Sequence record: OR906198.1
From: Escherichia phage BP32
Length of the DNA: 64,000 nucleotides
Direction: 5' to 3' (one strand)
Positions 51,013-60,148 of the stretch are shown here, piece by piece. The translations under genes and the position numbers were made by a program. Below the pieces are notes generated by a model. The model had not been told where the DNA came from and did no database searches. It saw nothing but the letters and a program-made list of their open reading frames with translations. The first letter of the stretch is position 1; each line of letters opens with the position of its first letter.

Positions 51013-51543
51013 ATGTCGCAAGCACTACAGCAAATTTTTAACCAAGCAAATACAACTAACTTTGTAGTATCAATACCACATAGTAATACTACATCTGCTT
51101 TTACTTTAAATGCTCAGTCAGTTCCTATTCCGGGAATTAGGATACCTGTTACTGATACCGTGACTGGGCCGTTTGGACTAGGCCGAGCACAACGTCCAGG
51201 TGTTACATTTGAGTACGATCCACTCATCGTGAGATTTATAGTTGATGAAGAACTTAAGTCGTGGATAGGAATGTATGAATGGATGCTAGGAACTAGTAAC
51301 TATCTTACAGGCGAAAATACTGCCCAAAAAACAGGTCCTGAATACATTACGCTTTACATTTTAGATAATAGTAAAACTGAAATCGTGATGTCAATAAATT
51401 TTTATAAGCCTTGGGTTTCTGACTTGTCTGAAGTAGAATTTAGCTACACGGAAGATTCAGACCCAGCTTTAGTATGTACAGCAACGATTCCTTATACGTA
51501 TTTTCAAGTAGAAAAAGATGGTAAAATTATAGCAGAAGTTTAA
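51013..51543 (+). CDS. 3: tail tube terminator / completion protein gp3
   Basis: Start moved to the internal ATG with GAGGA RBS, giving 176 aa as in T4 gp3; the track's 50932 start has no RBS. Confidence 0.75.
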   Translation: MSQALQQIFNQANTTNFVVSIPHSNTTSAFTLNAQSVPIPGIRIPVTDTVTGPFGLGRAQRPGVTFEYDPLIVRFIVDEELKSWIGMYEWMLGTSNYLTGENTAQKTGPEYITLYILDNSKTEIVMSINFYKPWVSDLSEVEFSYTEDSDPALVCTATIPYTYFQVEKDGKIIAEV

Positions 51544-51592
51544 TGCTTCAGTTTCATGTGTTATAATCTTAACTAAATTTGAGGAGAAACAT

Positions 51593-52317
51593 ATGAAACT
51601 AATCTTTTTAAGTGGTGTAAAGCGTAGTGGAAAAGATACTACTGCAGATTTTATCATGAATAATTATTCTGCAGTTAAATATCAACTTGCTGGTCCTATT
51701 AAGGATGCATTGGCTTATGCGTGGGGTGTATTTGCAGCAAACACTGACTATCCTTGCTTAACTCGCAAAGAGTTTGAAGGAATTGACTATGATCGTGAGA
51801 CTAATTTAAATCTGACTAAATCAGAAGTAATCACGATTATGGAACAAGCATTTTGCTATCTTAACGGTAAAAGCCCAATTAAGGGTGTGTGTGTTTTTGA
51901 GGACGAAGGACAAGAATCAGTTGATTCCGTAGCATGTAACAAGATTATTGACGTTATAAATAATATTGAAGATCAATGGTCAGTCCGTCGTCTGATGCAA
52001 GCCCTAGGTACGGATTTGATTGTTAATAACTTCGACCGCATGTATTGGGTAAAATTATTTGCTTTAGATTATCTTGATAAATTTAATTCAGGTTATGATT
52101 ATTATATCGTTCCTGATACTCGTCAAGATCATGAAATGGATGCGGCTAGGGCGATGGGTGCTACAGTAATTCATGTAGTTCGTCCTGGTCAAAAATCCAA
52201 TGATACTCATATTACAGAAGCTGGATTGCCAATTCGTGATGGCGATTTAGTAATTACAAACGATGGTTCTCTTGAAGAACTTTTTTCTAAAATTAAAAAT
52301 ACACTAAAGGTACTATA

Positions 52318-52318
<1 letters not shown>
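51593..52318 (+). CDS. 1: deoxynucleoside monophosphate kinase
   Basis: 241 aa, same as T4 gp1; P-loop GVKRSGKDT. Confidence 0.9.
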
Positions 52319-53015
<697 letters not shown>

Positions 53016-53023
<8 letters not shown>

Positions 53024-53045
53024 GTTGATGAGGTAGTGATACTAT
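53016..53045 (+). promoter_or_regulatory. T4-type early promoter (GTTTAC -35, 18-nt spacer, TG-a-TACTAT -10)
   Basis: Read directly; matches the T4 early promoter pattern. Confidence 0.5.
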
Positions 53046-53075
53046 TATCTCATCAAAATTAATTAGGAAAATAAA

Positions 53076-53333
53076 ATGAAAACTTTCAAAGAGTTTGCTA
53101 CAAAAACTACTATCACTGAATCTTCTCACGGTATGGAAGTAAAGCTTGGAATGGCTTTAGCTGAAGCTGAGCGTCTTTTCTCTCGTATTAAAGAACTTGC
53201 TGCTGCAGTCGATCCTTCATCTTTTAAAGGAGACCAAACTAAAGTTAAAGCGCTTTTAGCATTATGCTCTGATGCAGGCGAAATCGCTAAGAACGGTTCT
53301 AAGATGAAGAAACGATTAGAAGATTTAAAATAA
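53076..53333 (+). CDS. internal protein (ipI position) with capsid-targeting-like N-terminus
   Basis: 85 aa; N-terminus MKTFKEFATK resembles the T4 capsid targeting sequence MKTYQEFIAE; located after 57B as ipI is in T4. Confidence 0.55.
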   Translation: MKTFKEFATKTTITESSHGMEVKLGMALAEAERLFSRIKELAAAVDPSSFKGDQTKVKALLALCSDAGEIAKNGSKMKKRLEDLK

Positions 53334-53353
53334 TTTCACAAAGTTGTTTACAT
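53322..53353 (+). repeat. 32-bp direct repeat, copy 2
   Basis: Identical to 52992-53023; spans the last codons of the ip gene and the next early promoter. Confidence 0.9.
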
Positions 53354-53375
53354 AGGGTTTTAGTTGTGATACTAT
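53346..53375 (+). promoter_or_regulatory. T4-type early promoter (duplicate of 53016-53045)
   Basis: GTTTAC-N18-TACTAT with TG; same flanking sequence as copy 1. Confidence 0.5.
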
Positions 53376-53403
53376 TACCCTATCAACTACTGAGGAGAAT
53401 AAA

Positions 53404-53589
53404 ATGAAACGTTGTGAATTAATTCGAAATGTTGCTATTGCAATTTCTGCTTCTGCTTTTAGTTTTTCAATGTTTGTTGGATTTATATGCGGATTATTGA
53501 CTACAGCAGAAAATGTGTTTTCACTTGTAGTAGCATTTTTAATTGGTTTAATCGCTATTGTTATGGATAAAATTTCTAAAGGTGAATAA
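53404..53589 (+). CDS. small hydrophobic membrane protein (61 aa)
   Basis: ORF with RBS GAGGAGA; two predicted hydrophobic helices. Confidence 0.5.
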   Translation: MKRCELIRNVAIAISASAFSFSMFVGFICGLLTTAENVFSLVVAFLIGLIAIVMDKISKGE

Positions 53590-54000
53590 ATGAGTATTAA
53601 CGAATATTATGTTTATGCTGGGGATTATGCAAATCCTTCTCATTTTGAAGGTAATTTAATACCTGATAAAGTTTTTAATACTCCTTTTGAAGCGTGGAGT
53701 TGGATTGAAAGCAAAAATGGATTTTCTTACCGTTATGTTGAAGTAACTGATTGGAGAGGAACTAAATATCCTAAAGACCGTTATTACGTAAATCCATCTA
53801 AGGTAAATTTTCTTTTATTCGCAGGTGATAATTATTATCCTTGTGGTGGATATGATGATTTAATTGCGTATGCTGAAACAGAAGATAAACTGCGTGATAT
53901 CATTAAAGAAAATGAAAATAAACCAGAGTATGGTTCCAATCGTTTCGACTGGTGGCAAATCGTAAATGCTCATACTCATGCTATTGTTGATAGAGGTTAA
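53590..54000 (+). CDS. hypothetical protein (136 aa)
   Basis: ORF with ATGA coupling to the previous gene. Confidence 0.55.
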   Translation: MSINEYYVYAGDYANPSHFEGNLIPDKVFNTPFEAWSWIESKNGFSYRYVEVTDWRGTKYPKDRYYVNPSKVNFLLFAGDNYYPCGGYDDLIAYAETEDKLRDIIKENENKPEYGSNRFDWWQIVNAHTHAIVDRG

Positions 54001-54002
54001 TA

Positions 54003-54290
54003 GTGATTCTTTATGCGAAAGTATCGTCCATTGAAAATGGATATAAATATGATCAAGAAGCAGTTAAAGCCTTGATTGATGATTATGGCATTTTAACGTG
54101 TTTTGAAGTTGAAAAGGTTTACATTGACCGTTCATCTTCTCAGGTTAAATTAGTAAAGGAAGACCGTAAATTTAACACAGTTAACTTTGATTTCTTTATT
54201 GAAACAGAAAAAGGTCCTCTTGAATATGATATTTTCAAGAATCCTTTGGGTCTTGAATGCATCGTAAATATGTATCATCATAAATGGTAA
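54003..54290 (+). CDS. hypothetical protein (95 aa)
   Basis: ORF; start codon uncertain (GTG at 54003 or ATG at 54015). Confidence 0.45.
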   Translation: MILYAKVSSIENGYKYDQEAVKALIDDYGILTCFEVEKVYIDRSSSQVKLVKEDRKFNTVNFDFFIETEKGPLEYDIFKNPLGLECIVNMYHHKW

Positions 54291-54400
54291 ATATGCTTTA
54301 AGAATTATTTGTTATTATTAACTCATATCGCACTGATTAATACCCTCTATCATCAAGGGTTCTTGTTAGAGAGCCTTTGTTAATAATTGGGAATTATATT

Positions 54401-55009
54401 ATGGATACTAAATTAGCTGAAATTTTTGAAGGAAAACATCCAAATTTTAGTACAGGAAAGCTGAAAGACAAAATAATAAAAGAAAATATTTTTCCATATG
54501 AGTGTGCAATTTGTAAAATTTCAAAATGGCAAAATAAGCATATTGTTCTGCAATTAGACCATATTGATGGAAATAACAAAAATCATCTTAAATCAAATTT
54601 AAGATTATTATGTCCAAATTGCCATTCGCAAACTGATACTTTTGCTGGTAAAAATATTAAAAATAATAAAAAGCGTTATAATGTTAGTGATGAAGAAATT
54701 TTAAACGCACTATTAAATTCGGCTACTATATCATCTGCAATTACTTCATTAGGTTTAAGTAAAGGCGGAAACTATAAAAGATTCATTAAAATTGCTAATG
54801 ATAATAAATTATATCATTTACTGGTAAATATTAATGAAAAGATTTTAACTGATGAAATTTACGAAGAATTAGTTAAAATCGATTATTCTAAATTTGGATG
54901 GGTTAGTAAAGCTGCTAAAATAATAGGTATAAGCCCACAAAAAGCTAGAAAATGGATAGAACGAAAGTGCCCAGAATTGATAGAACAATCTTTTTCACGT
55001 AATAAATAA
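54401..55009 (+). CDS. HNH homing-endonuclease-like protein
   Basis: CxxC...HIDGNNKNH...N...LCPNCH HNH/zinc-finger motif; lysine-rich C-terminal region; start taken at the ATG (MDTKLAE) rather than the track's TTG. Confidence 0.7.
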   Translation: MDTKLAEIFEGKHPNFSTGKLKDKIIKENIFPYECAICKISKWQNKHIVLQLDHIDGNNKNHLKSNLRLLCPNCHSQTDTFAGKNIKNNKKRYNVSDEEILNALLNSATISSAITSLGLSKGGNYKRFIKIANDNKLYHLLVNINEKILTDEIYEELVKIDYSKFGWVSKAAKIIGISPQKARKWIERKCPELIEQSFSRNK

Positions 55010-55015
55010 TATAGA

Positions 55016-55102
55016 GCGAGAATGGTCAAATTGGTAAAGGCACAGCACTTAAAATGCTGCGGAATGATTTCCTTGTGGGTTCGAGTCCCACTTCTCGCAC
55101 CA
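55016..55102 (+). tRNA. tRNA-Leu (anticodon TAA), type II, CCA encoded
   Basis: Acceptor GCGAGAA/TTCTCGC; anticodon stem CAGCA/TGCTG, loop CTTAAAA; long variable arm; T-loop TTCGAGT. Confidence 0.85.
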
Positions 55103-55107
55103 AATTT

Positions 55108-55181
<74 letters not shown>

Positions 55182-55191
55182 ATTTAATTTA

Positions 55192-55265
55192 CTCCGTGTA
55201 GCTCAGTTTGGTAGAGCGCCTGATTTGGGATCAGGAGGTCCAAGGTTCAAATCCTTGTATGGAGA
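55192..55265 (+). tRNA. tRNA-Pro (anticodon TGG), no encoded CCA
   Basis: Acceptor CTCCGTG/TATGGAG; anticodon loop TTTGGGA; T-loop TTCAAAT; only 2 nt before tRNA-Ser. Confidence 0.8.
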
Positions 55266-55267
55266 CT

Positions 55268-55352
55268 GGAGGCGTGGCAGAGTGGTTTAATGCACCGGTC
55301 TTGAAAACCGGCAGTCGCTCCGGCGACTCATAGGTTCAAATCCTATCGCCTC
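55268..55352 (+). tRNA. tRNA-Ser (anticodon TGA), type II, no encoded CCA
   Basis: Acceptor GGAGGCG/CGCCTCC; anticodon stem CCGGT/ACCGG, loop CTTGAAA; long variable arm. Confidence 0.85.
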
Positions 55353-55359
55353 CGTAATT

Positions 55360-55437
55360 TCGCTGATTTAGCTCAGTAGGTAGAGCAACTCACTTGTAAT
55401 GAGAAGGTCGGCGGTTCGATTCCGTCAATCAGCACCA
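55360..55437 (+). tRNA. tRNA-Thr (anticodon TGT), CCA encoded
   Basis: Acceptor GCTGATT/AATCAGC; anticodon loop CTTGTAA; T-loop TTCGATT. Confidence 0.8.
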
Positions 55438-55438
55438 A

Positions 55439-55515
55439 GGCCCTGTAGCTCAATGGTTAGCAGCAGTCCCCTCATAAGGGAAAGGTTACCAGTTCAAATC
55501 TGGTCTGGGTCACCA
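55439..55515 (+). tRNA. tRNA with CAT anticodon (Ile-lysidine type or Met), CCA encoded
   Basis: Acceptor GGCCCTG/CTGGGTC with one mismatch; anticodon loop CTCATAA; T-loop TTCAAAT; the T4 tRNA at this position is annotated Ile. Confidence 0.7.
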
Positions 55516-55524
55516 AATTAATTA

Positions 55525-55611
55525 GGGGAGTTATCCCGTAGAGGTAGCGGTGTGGACTGTAAATCCATTGTCATTGCGACTCGGGTGGTTCGACTCCACC
55601 ACTCCCCACCA
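55525..55611 (+). tRNA. tRNA-Tyr (anticodon GTA), type II, CCA encoded
   Basis: Acceptor GGGGAGT/ACTCCCC; anticodon stem GTGGA/TCCAT, loop CTGTAAA; long variable arm; T-arm GGTGG-TTCGACT-CCACC. Confidence 0.7.
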
Positions 55612-55657
55612 ATTTATGACTCGTCGTGAGACGCTCAGTTCTTTATTAGGGACTGAT

Positions 55658-56323
55658 ATGCATTTTTATCTTTATAAAATAACAAATAAAATTAATAATA
55701 AAATTTATATTGGTGTGCATTCTACCGAAAATTTAGATGATGGATATATGGGTTCTGGTAAATTATTAAAAAGAGCCCAAGATAAGTATGGTATAGAAAA
55801 TTTTTCTAAAGAAATATTAGAGTATTTTGATGATAAAGAATCTATGCTTGAAGCCGAGAAAAATATTGTCACAGAAGAGTTTTTAAATAGACCAGATGTG
55901 TATAATTTAAAACTTGGCGGTGAAGGTGGATGGGACCATATAAATATTCCTGGGATGCTAAACCAGAAGAAAGATGCTAGCTTAAAAGGAGCTAAATCGT
56001 TTAAATCACGTTTTGAAAATGATATTTTACTTCAAGAAAAATATCGTAAAATTGGTTCAAATGTATTTAAACGTTTGTGGTCAACTCCTGAATACAAGGA
56101 AAAATTTTTAAATAATAGCAGATTTTTAAATAAGCATCATACTCCTGAAACTATTAATAAAATGAAAGAAATTCACGCTAAAAATAATCATCAGAAAGGA
56201 GAAAAGAATTCCCAATTTGGTATGATGTGGATTCATTCATTAGATGAAAAAGTTTCTAAACGTATTAAGAAAACTGACCCAATTCCAGAAGGATGGTTTA
56301 AAGGTCGAAAAATGAAATTTTAA
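55658..56323 (+). CDS. segB: GIY-YIG homing endonuclease (SegB-like) inside the tRNA cluster
   Basis: N-terminal GIY-YIG module YLYKITNKINNKIYIGVHS...GYMGSGKLL; start placed at the ATG (55658) after tRNA-Tyr, not the track's 55550 which overlaps the tRNA. Confidence 0.75.
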   Translation: MHFYLYKITNKINNKIYIGVHSTENLDDGYMGSGKLLKRAQDKYGIENFSKEILEYFDDKESMLEAEKNIVTEEFLNRPDVYNLKLGGEGGWDHINIPGMLNQKKDASLKGAKSFKSRFENDILLQEKYRKIGSNVFKRLWSTPEYKEKFLNNSRFLNKHHTPETINKMKEIHAKNNHQKGEKNSQFGMMWIHSLDEKVSKRIKKTDPIPEGWFKGRKMKF

Positions 56324-56326
56324 TTA

Positions 56327-56402
56327 CGGGGCATAGCTCAGAAGGAAGAGCAAGGACCTTCTAAGTCCTAGGTCGTAGGTTCGATCCCTACTGCCTCGAC
56401 CA
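56327..56402 (+). tRNA. tRNA-Arg (anticodon TCT), CCA encoded
   Basis: Acceptor CGGGGCA/TGCCTCG; anticodon stem AGGAC/GTCCT, loop CTTCTAA; T-loop TTCGATC. Confidence 0.85.
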
Positions 56403-56418
56403 ATTAAGTGAGGAAAAT

Positions 56419-56769
56419 ATGAAAGGTAATGTTTATTTAGTAGTTCATGATTTAACATTCTATTTTAATCACAATGATACTGTTATTTCTGAACGTGTAA
56501 TTAATTTACTTTATCAGCATGCAGATTATGTTTATGTCGAAAACGAATACGGTCATTGGCAATTTCTCAAAAATCGTTCATTTGGTTTAGATGGTTACGA
56601 ATATTTTGAACGTAAAGACCTTTTAGATAAAATTCCGTTATCTACACAATATCAAAATCATAAGTCTTTATATAAATGCCGTCCAATTCGAAATGCTGAA
56701 TCTGCGTATGAAGCAATTGATTTATGGCGTAAACGCCGTGAACAGATTGATGCATTAAAAGAATATTAA
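56419..56769 (+). CDS. hypothetical protein (116 aa)
   Basis: ORF with RBS GAGGAAAA; no recognisable motif. Confidence 0.5.
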   Translation: MKGNVYLVVHDLTFYFNHNDTVISERVINLLYQHADYVYVENEYGHWQFLKNRSFGLDGYEYFERKDLLDKIPLSTQYQNHKSLYKCRPIRNAESAYEAIDLWRKRREQIDALKEY

Positions 56770-57079
56770 GAAGCCGGGTCGCTACCGGTAAGTCGTCGGA
56801 CTGATGTTCCCTGGGTAAGGACTGGCATTAACAAATCTTTACGATCTGTTAATGTCCCCTTACATCACAGCAGAAACGGCGCACCGAATTATCGATTCGA
56901 GGAAATATCTTTGCCGTAAGCCGAGTAGCGTTTTTGACGGAACGTTCGGATATGGTCGAGATATGGCCTTTTAAAATATTGAGTAGCGTCAACTGCTTAA
57001 TAACCGGGTTCGAATCCCGGCGTTTCGTACAAACACTTGCCTTAGCAGGTGGAACCCCGACAAGGTTGCCGCAAGGCTT
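56770..57079 (+). ncRNA. candidate stable small RNA(s), possibly the T4 species 1/2 (rnaC/rnaD) equivalents
   Basis: About 310 nt, GC-richer than surroundings, no convincing ORF; tRNA-like T-arm CCGGG-TTCGAAT-CCCGG; internal repeat GAGTAGCGT; ends at a strong terminator; lies just after tRNA-Arg as in T4. Confidence 0.35.
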
Positions 57080-57107
57080 AGCCCCAGCCGAAAGGTTGGG
57101 GCTTTTT
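57080..57107 (+). terminator. rho-independent terminator agccccagcc-gaaa-ggttggggct followed by TTTTT
   Basis: 10-bp stem, GNRA loop, T-tract read directly. Confidence 0.65.
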
Positions 57108-57240
57108 GATATCTAGGCCTTTCTGGACCTCTCTAGGCATCATTTAGTTTATACCCTTTATAATATATTATCCTATCCTTTAATTGCCCATCCCTGCCCT
57201 AGAATTCCCTAAAACTTTTTAAAAATTTTTTCACAAAACT

Positions 57241-57270
57241 GTTTACACCCTTGTCATTCCATGGTACTAT
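57241..57270 (+). promoter_or_regulatory. T4-type early promoter (GTTTAC-N18-TACTAT) with A/T-rich upstream element
   Basis: Same architecture and flanking words (ttcacaaa..gtttaca..tactat..atcaactactga) as the promoters at 53016 and 53346. Confidence 0.5.
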
Positions 57271-57312
57271 ACAACTATCAACTACTGATACAAAAACAAC
57301 TTGGAGAATGAA

Positions 57313-57576
57313 ATGGATAATTACGGCGAACTGTTCAACTTCTTTATGAAATGCGTTTCAGAAGATTTCGGTCGTACAGTGAATGATATTAAAGTTATCG
57401 GTCCTGATCATCCGATGTTTGAAACTTACGCAGTAATGGGTAATGAAGATGGTCAGTGGTATACTGTAAAGGTTGTGATTAACATGTTCACTGCTGAAGG
57501 TTATGTTAAACTGTCTTCTAAAGTTTACCATGATAACGACGAAATCGCAGAAGAATATTTTAATAATATGAAATAA
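57313..57576 (+). CDS. hypothetical protein (87 aa)
   Basis: ATG with GGAG RBS; the track's TTG start at 57301 is less likely. Confidence 0.55.
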   Translation: MDNYGELFNFFMKCVSEDFGRTVNDIKVIGPDHPMFETYAVMGNEDGQWYTVKVVINMFTAEGYVKLSSKVYHDNDEIAEEYFNNMK

Positions 57577-57606
57577 GTTTACATAGGCTCATGATTGAGA
57601 TATTAT
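57577..57606 (+). promoter_or_regulatory. candidate early promoter (GTTTAC-N18-TATTAT)
   Basis: Read directly upstream of the ORF at 57632. Confidence 0.4.
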
Positions 57607-57631
57607 GAGCCTATAATTTGAGGAAACTGTT

Positions 57632-58162
57632 ATGTCTCTTTATACCGAACTGAATGAAACTTCCGAAAAATCTTTTGATGGTATCTTATCAATAATGCAA
57701 AAGCAGGTATTAGAACAGCTTAGTGAAGCCGCAAGCAACGGACATAAGGCTTGTCGAATCCCAAGCCCACATCGTCGCCTGTATGAACGCCCTCTTATTA
57801 ATTGGCTAGAAAGCGAAGGTCTTACGGTTAAGATTTGTCCTGCCAAATTTGATATCCCACGTATTCTTAATATTTACTGGGATAAACCGATTGAGAAACC
57901 GATTGAGAAAAGTGACCCTTGGGTTGTTAATGTAAAAACATATGATAATGGATGCTCACTTGAGGTGTCTGCTGTAATTAAAGGCACTCACGGTGAAAAA
58001 TCGTGGGGTTGGCCTGGTAAAGATAAAGAAATCGTGTTAAGTGTAAAAGCTACTAGTATTAGTACTCCTATAGCTAAAAGCATTATCGCCGCCGCTGTTG
58101 AAGAAGCTGAACGAATTTGTAAAATTAAAAATAGTTTACATCTCTTAAATAGCATGATATAA
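57632..58162 (+). CDS. hypothetical protein (176 aa) with in-frame KPIEKPIEK tandem repeat
   Basis: ORF with RBS GAGGAAA; 12-bp tandem duplication at 57887-57910. Confidence 0.6.
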   Translation: MSLYTELNETSEKSFDGILSIMQKQVLEQLSEAASNGHKACRIPSPHRRLYERPLINWLESEGLTVKICPAKFDIPRILNIYWDKPIEKPIEKSDPWVVNVKTYDNGCSLEVSAVIKGTHGEKSWGWPGKDKEIVLSVKATSISTPIAKSIIAAAVEEAERICKIKNSLHLLNSMI

Positions 58163-58205
58163 TTCTTCCACAGATTTTAATTTTTAATCAACCTAAGGAA
58201 ATACT

Positions 58206-58799
58206 ATGAACACACTGAAGAAAATTGTTGAGTTTATTCGCACTAAACTTGGTTCTGCTATGGCTAAAAATCTATCTGTTGAAGAACAGTATACTGCTGC
58301 AGCAGCAAAACTACTTGATAAAATTAAAGATCTAAAAACTGCTTCTGTTAAATCTATTAATGAAGAAAAACGTATTCGTGAACTTGTTATCGAAAAGAAT
58401 CGACAGGCCGAATCAAAAGAGCGTGAAATTCGTAAACTTCTTTCCGAAGGTCAAGATGTAACAATGCATGCTAAACTCGGTTTGCTATATCGTCGAACAG
58501 CTGAGCAGTTGACTACTAAAGCTGATGGTTATGCTGAAATGCGAATTGAAATCGCCAAGAAAGTAGTTGAGTTAGATGATGCTCGTCAAGAACTTGCGGT
58601 TAAATTGGAATATATCCGTGAAACTCGTGCGGCAAATGCCCTTGGAATTAGTACTGCCGATGATGTAGTTGAAATCGCAGCACTGACTAAAGTTGATATT
58701 GAAGATACTCTTGCTCGAGTTGAAACCTTTAACGGTAATATTTCTGGGGTTGAAACTACCTCTGCCGATGTTCAGGAATACATTAATTCTCTGAAATAA
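58206..58799 (+). CDS. hypothetical coiled-coil protein (197 aa)
   Basis: ORF with RBS AAGGAAA; heptad-rich, charged; followed by a terminator. Confidence 0.6.
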   Translation: MNTLKKIVEFIRTKLGSAMAKNLSVEEQYTAAAAKLLDKIKDLKTASVKSINEEKRIRELVIEKNRQAESKEREIRKLLSEGQDVTMHAKLGLLYRRTAEQLTTKADGYAEMRIEIAKKVVELDDARQELAVKLEYIRETRAANALGISTADDVVEIAALTKVDIEDTLARVETFNGNISGVETTSADVQEYINSLK

Positions 58800-58803
58800 T
58801 GAT

Positions 58804-58825
58804 AAGGGGCTTCGGCCCCTTATAC
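58804..58825 (+). terminator. hairpin aaggggc-ttcg-gcccctt
   Basis: UUCG-loop stem read directly after the stop codon. Confidence 0.55.
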
Positions 58826-58840
58826 TTGGAGTAAATAGGA

Positions 58841-59455
58841 ATGAAAATGAAAATGCAAAGTGATTTCAATTCAATGTTTGAAGAGTTCCAAAGACAGGTT
58901 GATGTTCCAGACCAATTACTAAATGCTCTTAAACGTATGGCAGAAGGACGTAATTACTATTGGGGGTCTTCATATGAAACTGATGAAAGTCTTTCTGGAA
59001 GATTTTCTAGAGGTAAAAAGTCTTTAATACGTCCTGGAATACTCATTAACAGTATTGAATCAATTCATTCATTGACGTGTGATTTTGATGTTGAATTTAC
59101 TGATTTCATTTCTCCTGAATGGACAGTTTGTTATTTAAATGACGATTATGATTATCTTGGCGTTTATAGTTTAAGTGACGCATGGTTTAAACGTAATTTA
59201 CAAAAGTCAAATTTATTTTATATTGATACTACGGTAAAATTTCAGGGAAAGAAATATTTCTTTACTCTTATAGTTGACTCTGAAACAAAATATGAAAATA
59301 AGCGTATTCTTAATAAAAGGAATATCTTGACTATTATTGATGATCTTTTTGATAAATTCGTGGAAAATCCCAATTTTGAAAGCGATTTATTACTAGAAAA
59401 ATTTGTTAAGGAATGTAGAGAATATGTCAAAGCCATCACTATACCTTCCAAGTAA
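58841..59455 (+). CDS. hypothetical protein (204 aa), first member of a C-terminal ..FV.ECR.. family
   Basis: ORF with RBS; C-terminus EKFVKECREYVK. Confidence 0.6.
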   Translation: MKMKMQSDFNSMFEEFQRQVDVPDQLLNALKRMAEGRNYYWGSSYETDESLSGRFSRGKKSLIRPGILINSIESIHSLTCDFDVEFTDFISPEWTVCYLNDDYDYLGVYSLSDAWFKRNLQKSNLFYIDTTVKFQGKKYFFTLIVDSETKYENKRILNKRNILTIIDDLFDKFVENPNFESDLLLEKFVKECREYVKAITIPSK

Positions 59456-59804
59456 ACCTTTGAAGTATGAACCAAAGCACCAGATAATTTCTACCGATGT
59501 ATTAATGGGTCCTGTTGTAGTTGTATCATTTATAGCTGGAATGGTTATAGACGTTATGACTGCTAATAAATTTGATGTAATATTTGTGTCAACACTAATT
59601 CTTCCAATGATAGTTCCATTTTTATTAGTACCTGTAAATTGGGTAGGATACTGGTATCAAGGAAGACATTATCGTAAACGCGTACGTGAATGGAAAGCTC
59701 AGTGTAAAAAGATTAAAAAGGAACACCAGCTTAAACTAGATATGTATGAATTTAACGAAATTATGAAATTTGTTAAGGAATCACGATGCAAAAGCCAAAA
59801 CTAA
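59424..59804 (+). CDS. small membrane protein (start uncertain: 59403, 59424 or 59505)
   Basis: Two hydrophobic helices; C-terminus KFVKESRCK related to neighbours. Confidence 0.45.
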   Translation: MSKPSLYLPSKPLKYEPKHQIISTDVLMGPVVVVSFIAGMVIDVMTANKFDVIFVSTLILPMIVPFLLVPVNWVGYWYQGRHYRKRVREWKAQCKKIKKEHQLKLDMYEFNEIMKFVKESRCKSQN

Positions 59805-60148
59805 ATAAAGTCAAATATTCGTTTCCTGAGGTATTATTAATTCTTGCCGTATCAGTATTTGCAGCTCTTGCGGGTAGTCTTATTGGATTAATGATTGATT
59901 GTATTATTTTAAACATCGATGGTTCAGCAATTATAACAGAGGTTTGGAGTGAACTTCGTTTTACTATAGCGATTTCATTATTTTCATTCTTTGGCACTAT
60001 ACTATATTTTCATTATGATAATTTTAACATAAATTGGCAAAGAAAAAAGGATTACAAAATACAATTAAAAGAATACAATAGCTACATGTCTTATATTGAA
60101 AATGAATCAATGAAAGAGTTTGTGAGCGATTGCAGGAAAATTAAATGA
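59786..60148 (+). CDS. small membrane protein (120 aa)
   Basis: Two hydrophobic helices; C-terminus KEFVSDCRKIK; ATGA-type overlaps with both neighbours. Confidence 0.55.
   Translation: MQKPKLNKVKYSFPEVLLILAVSVFAALAGSLIGLMIDCIILNIDGSAIITEVWSELRFTIAISLFSFFGTILYFHYDNFNINWQRKKDYKIQLKEYNSYMSYIENESMKEFVSDCRKIK

Noticed and set aside
55550-55657. 5' extension of the GIY-YIG ORF as given in the ORF track
   Set aside because: Overlaps tRNA-Tyr on the same strand; the internal ATG at 55658 followed by the GIY-YIG motif is the plausible start
56934-57116. 60-aa ORF inside the structured non-coding region
   Set aside because: No RBS, overlaps the tRNA-like T-arm and the terminator hairpin; more consistent with a stable RNA locus
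58206-58799. Assignment of the 197-aa coiled-coil protein to the PspA/IM30 family
   Set aside because: Only generic coiled-coil character is visible; no family-specific motif can be supported without a profile search
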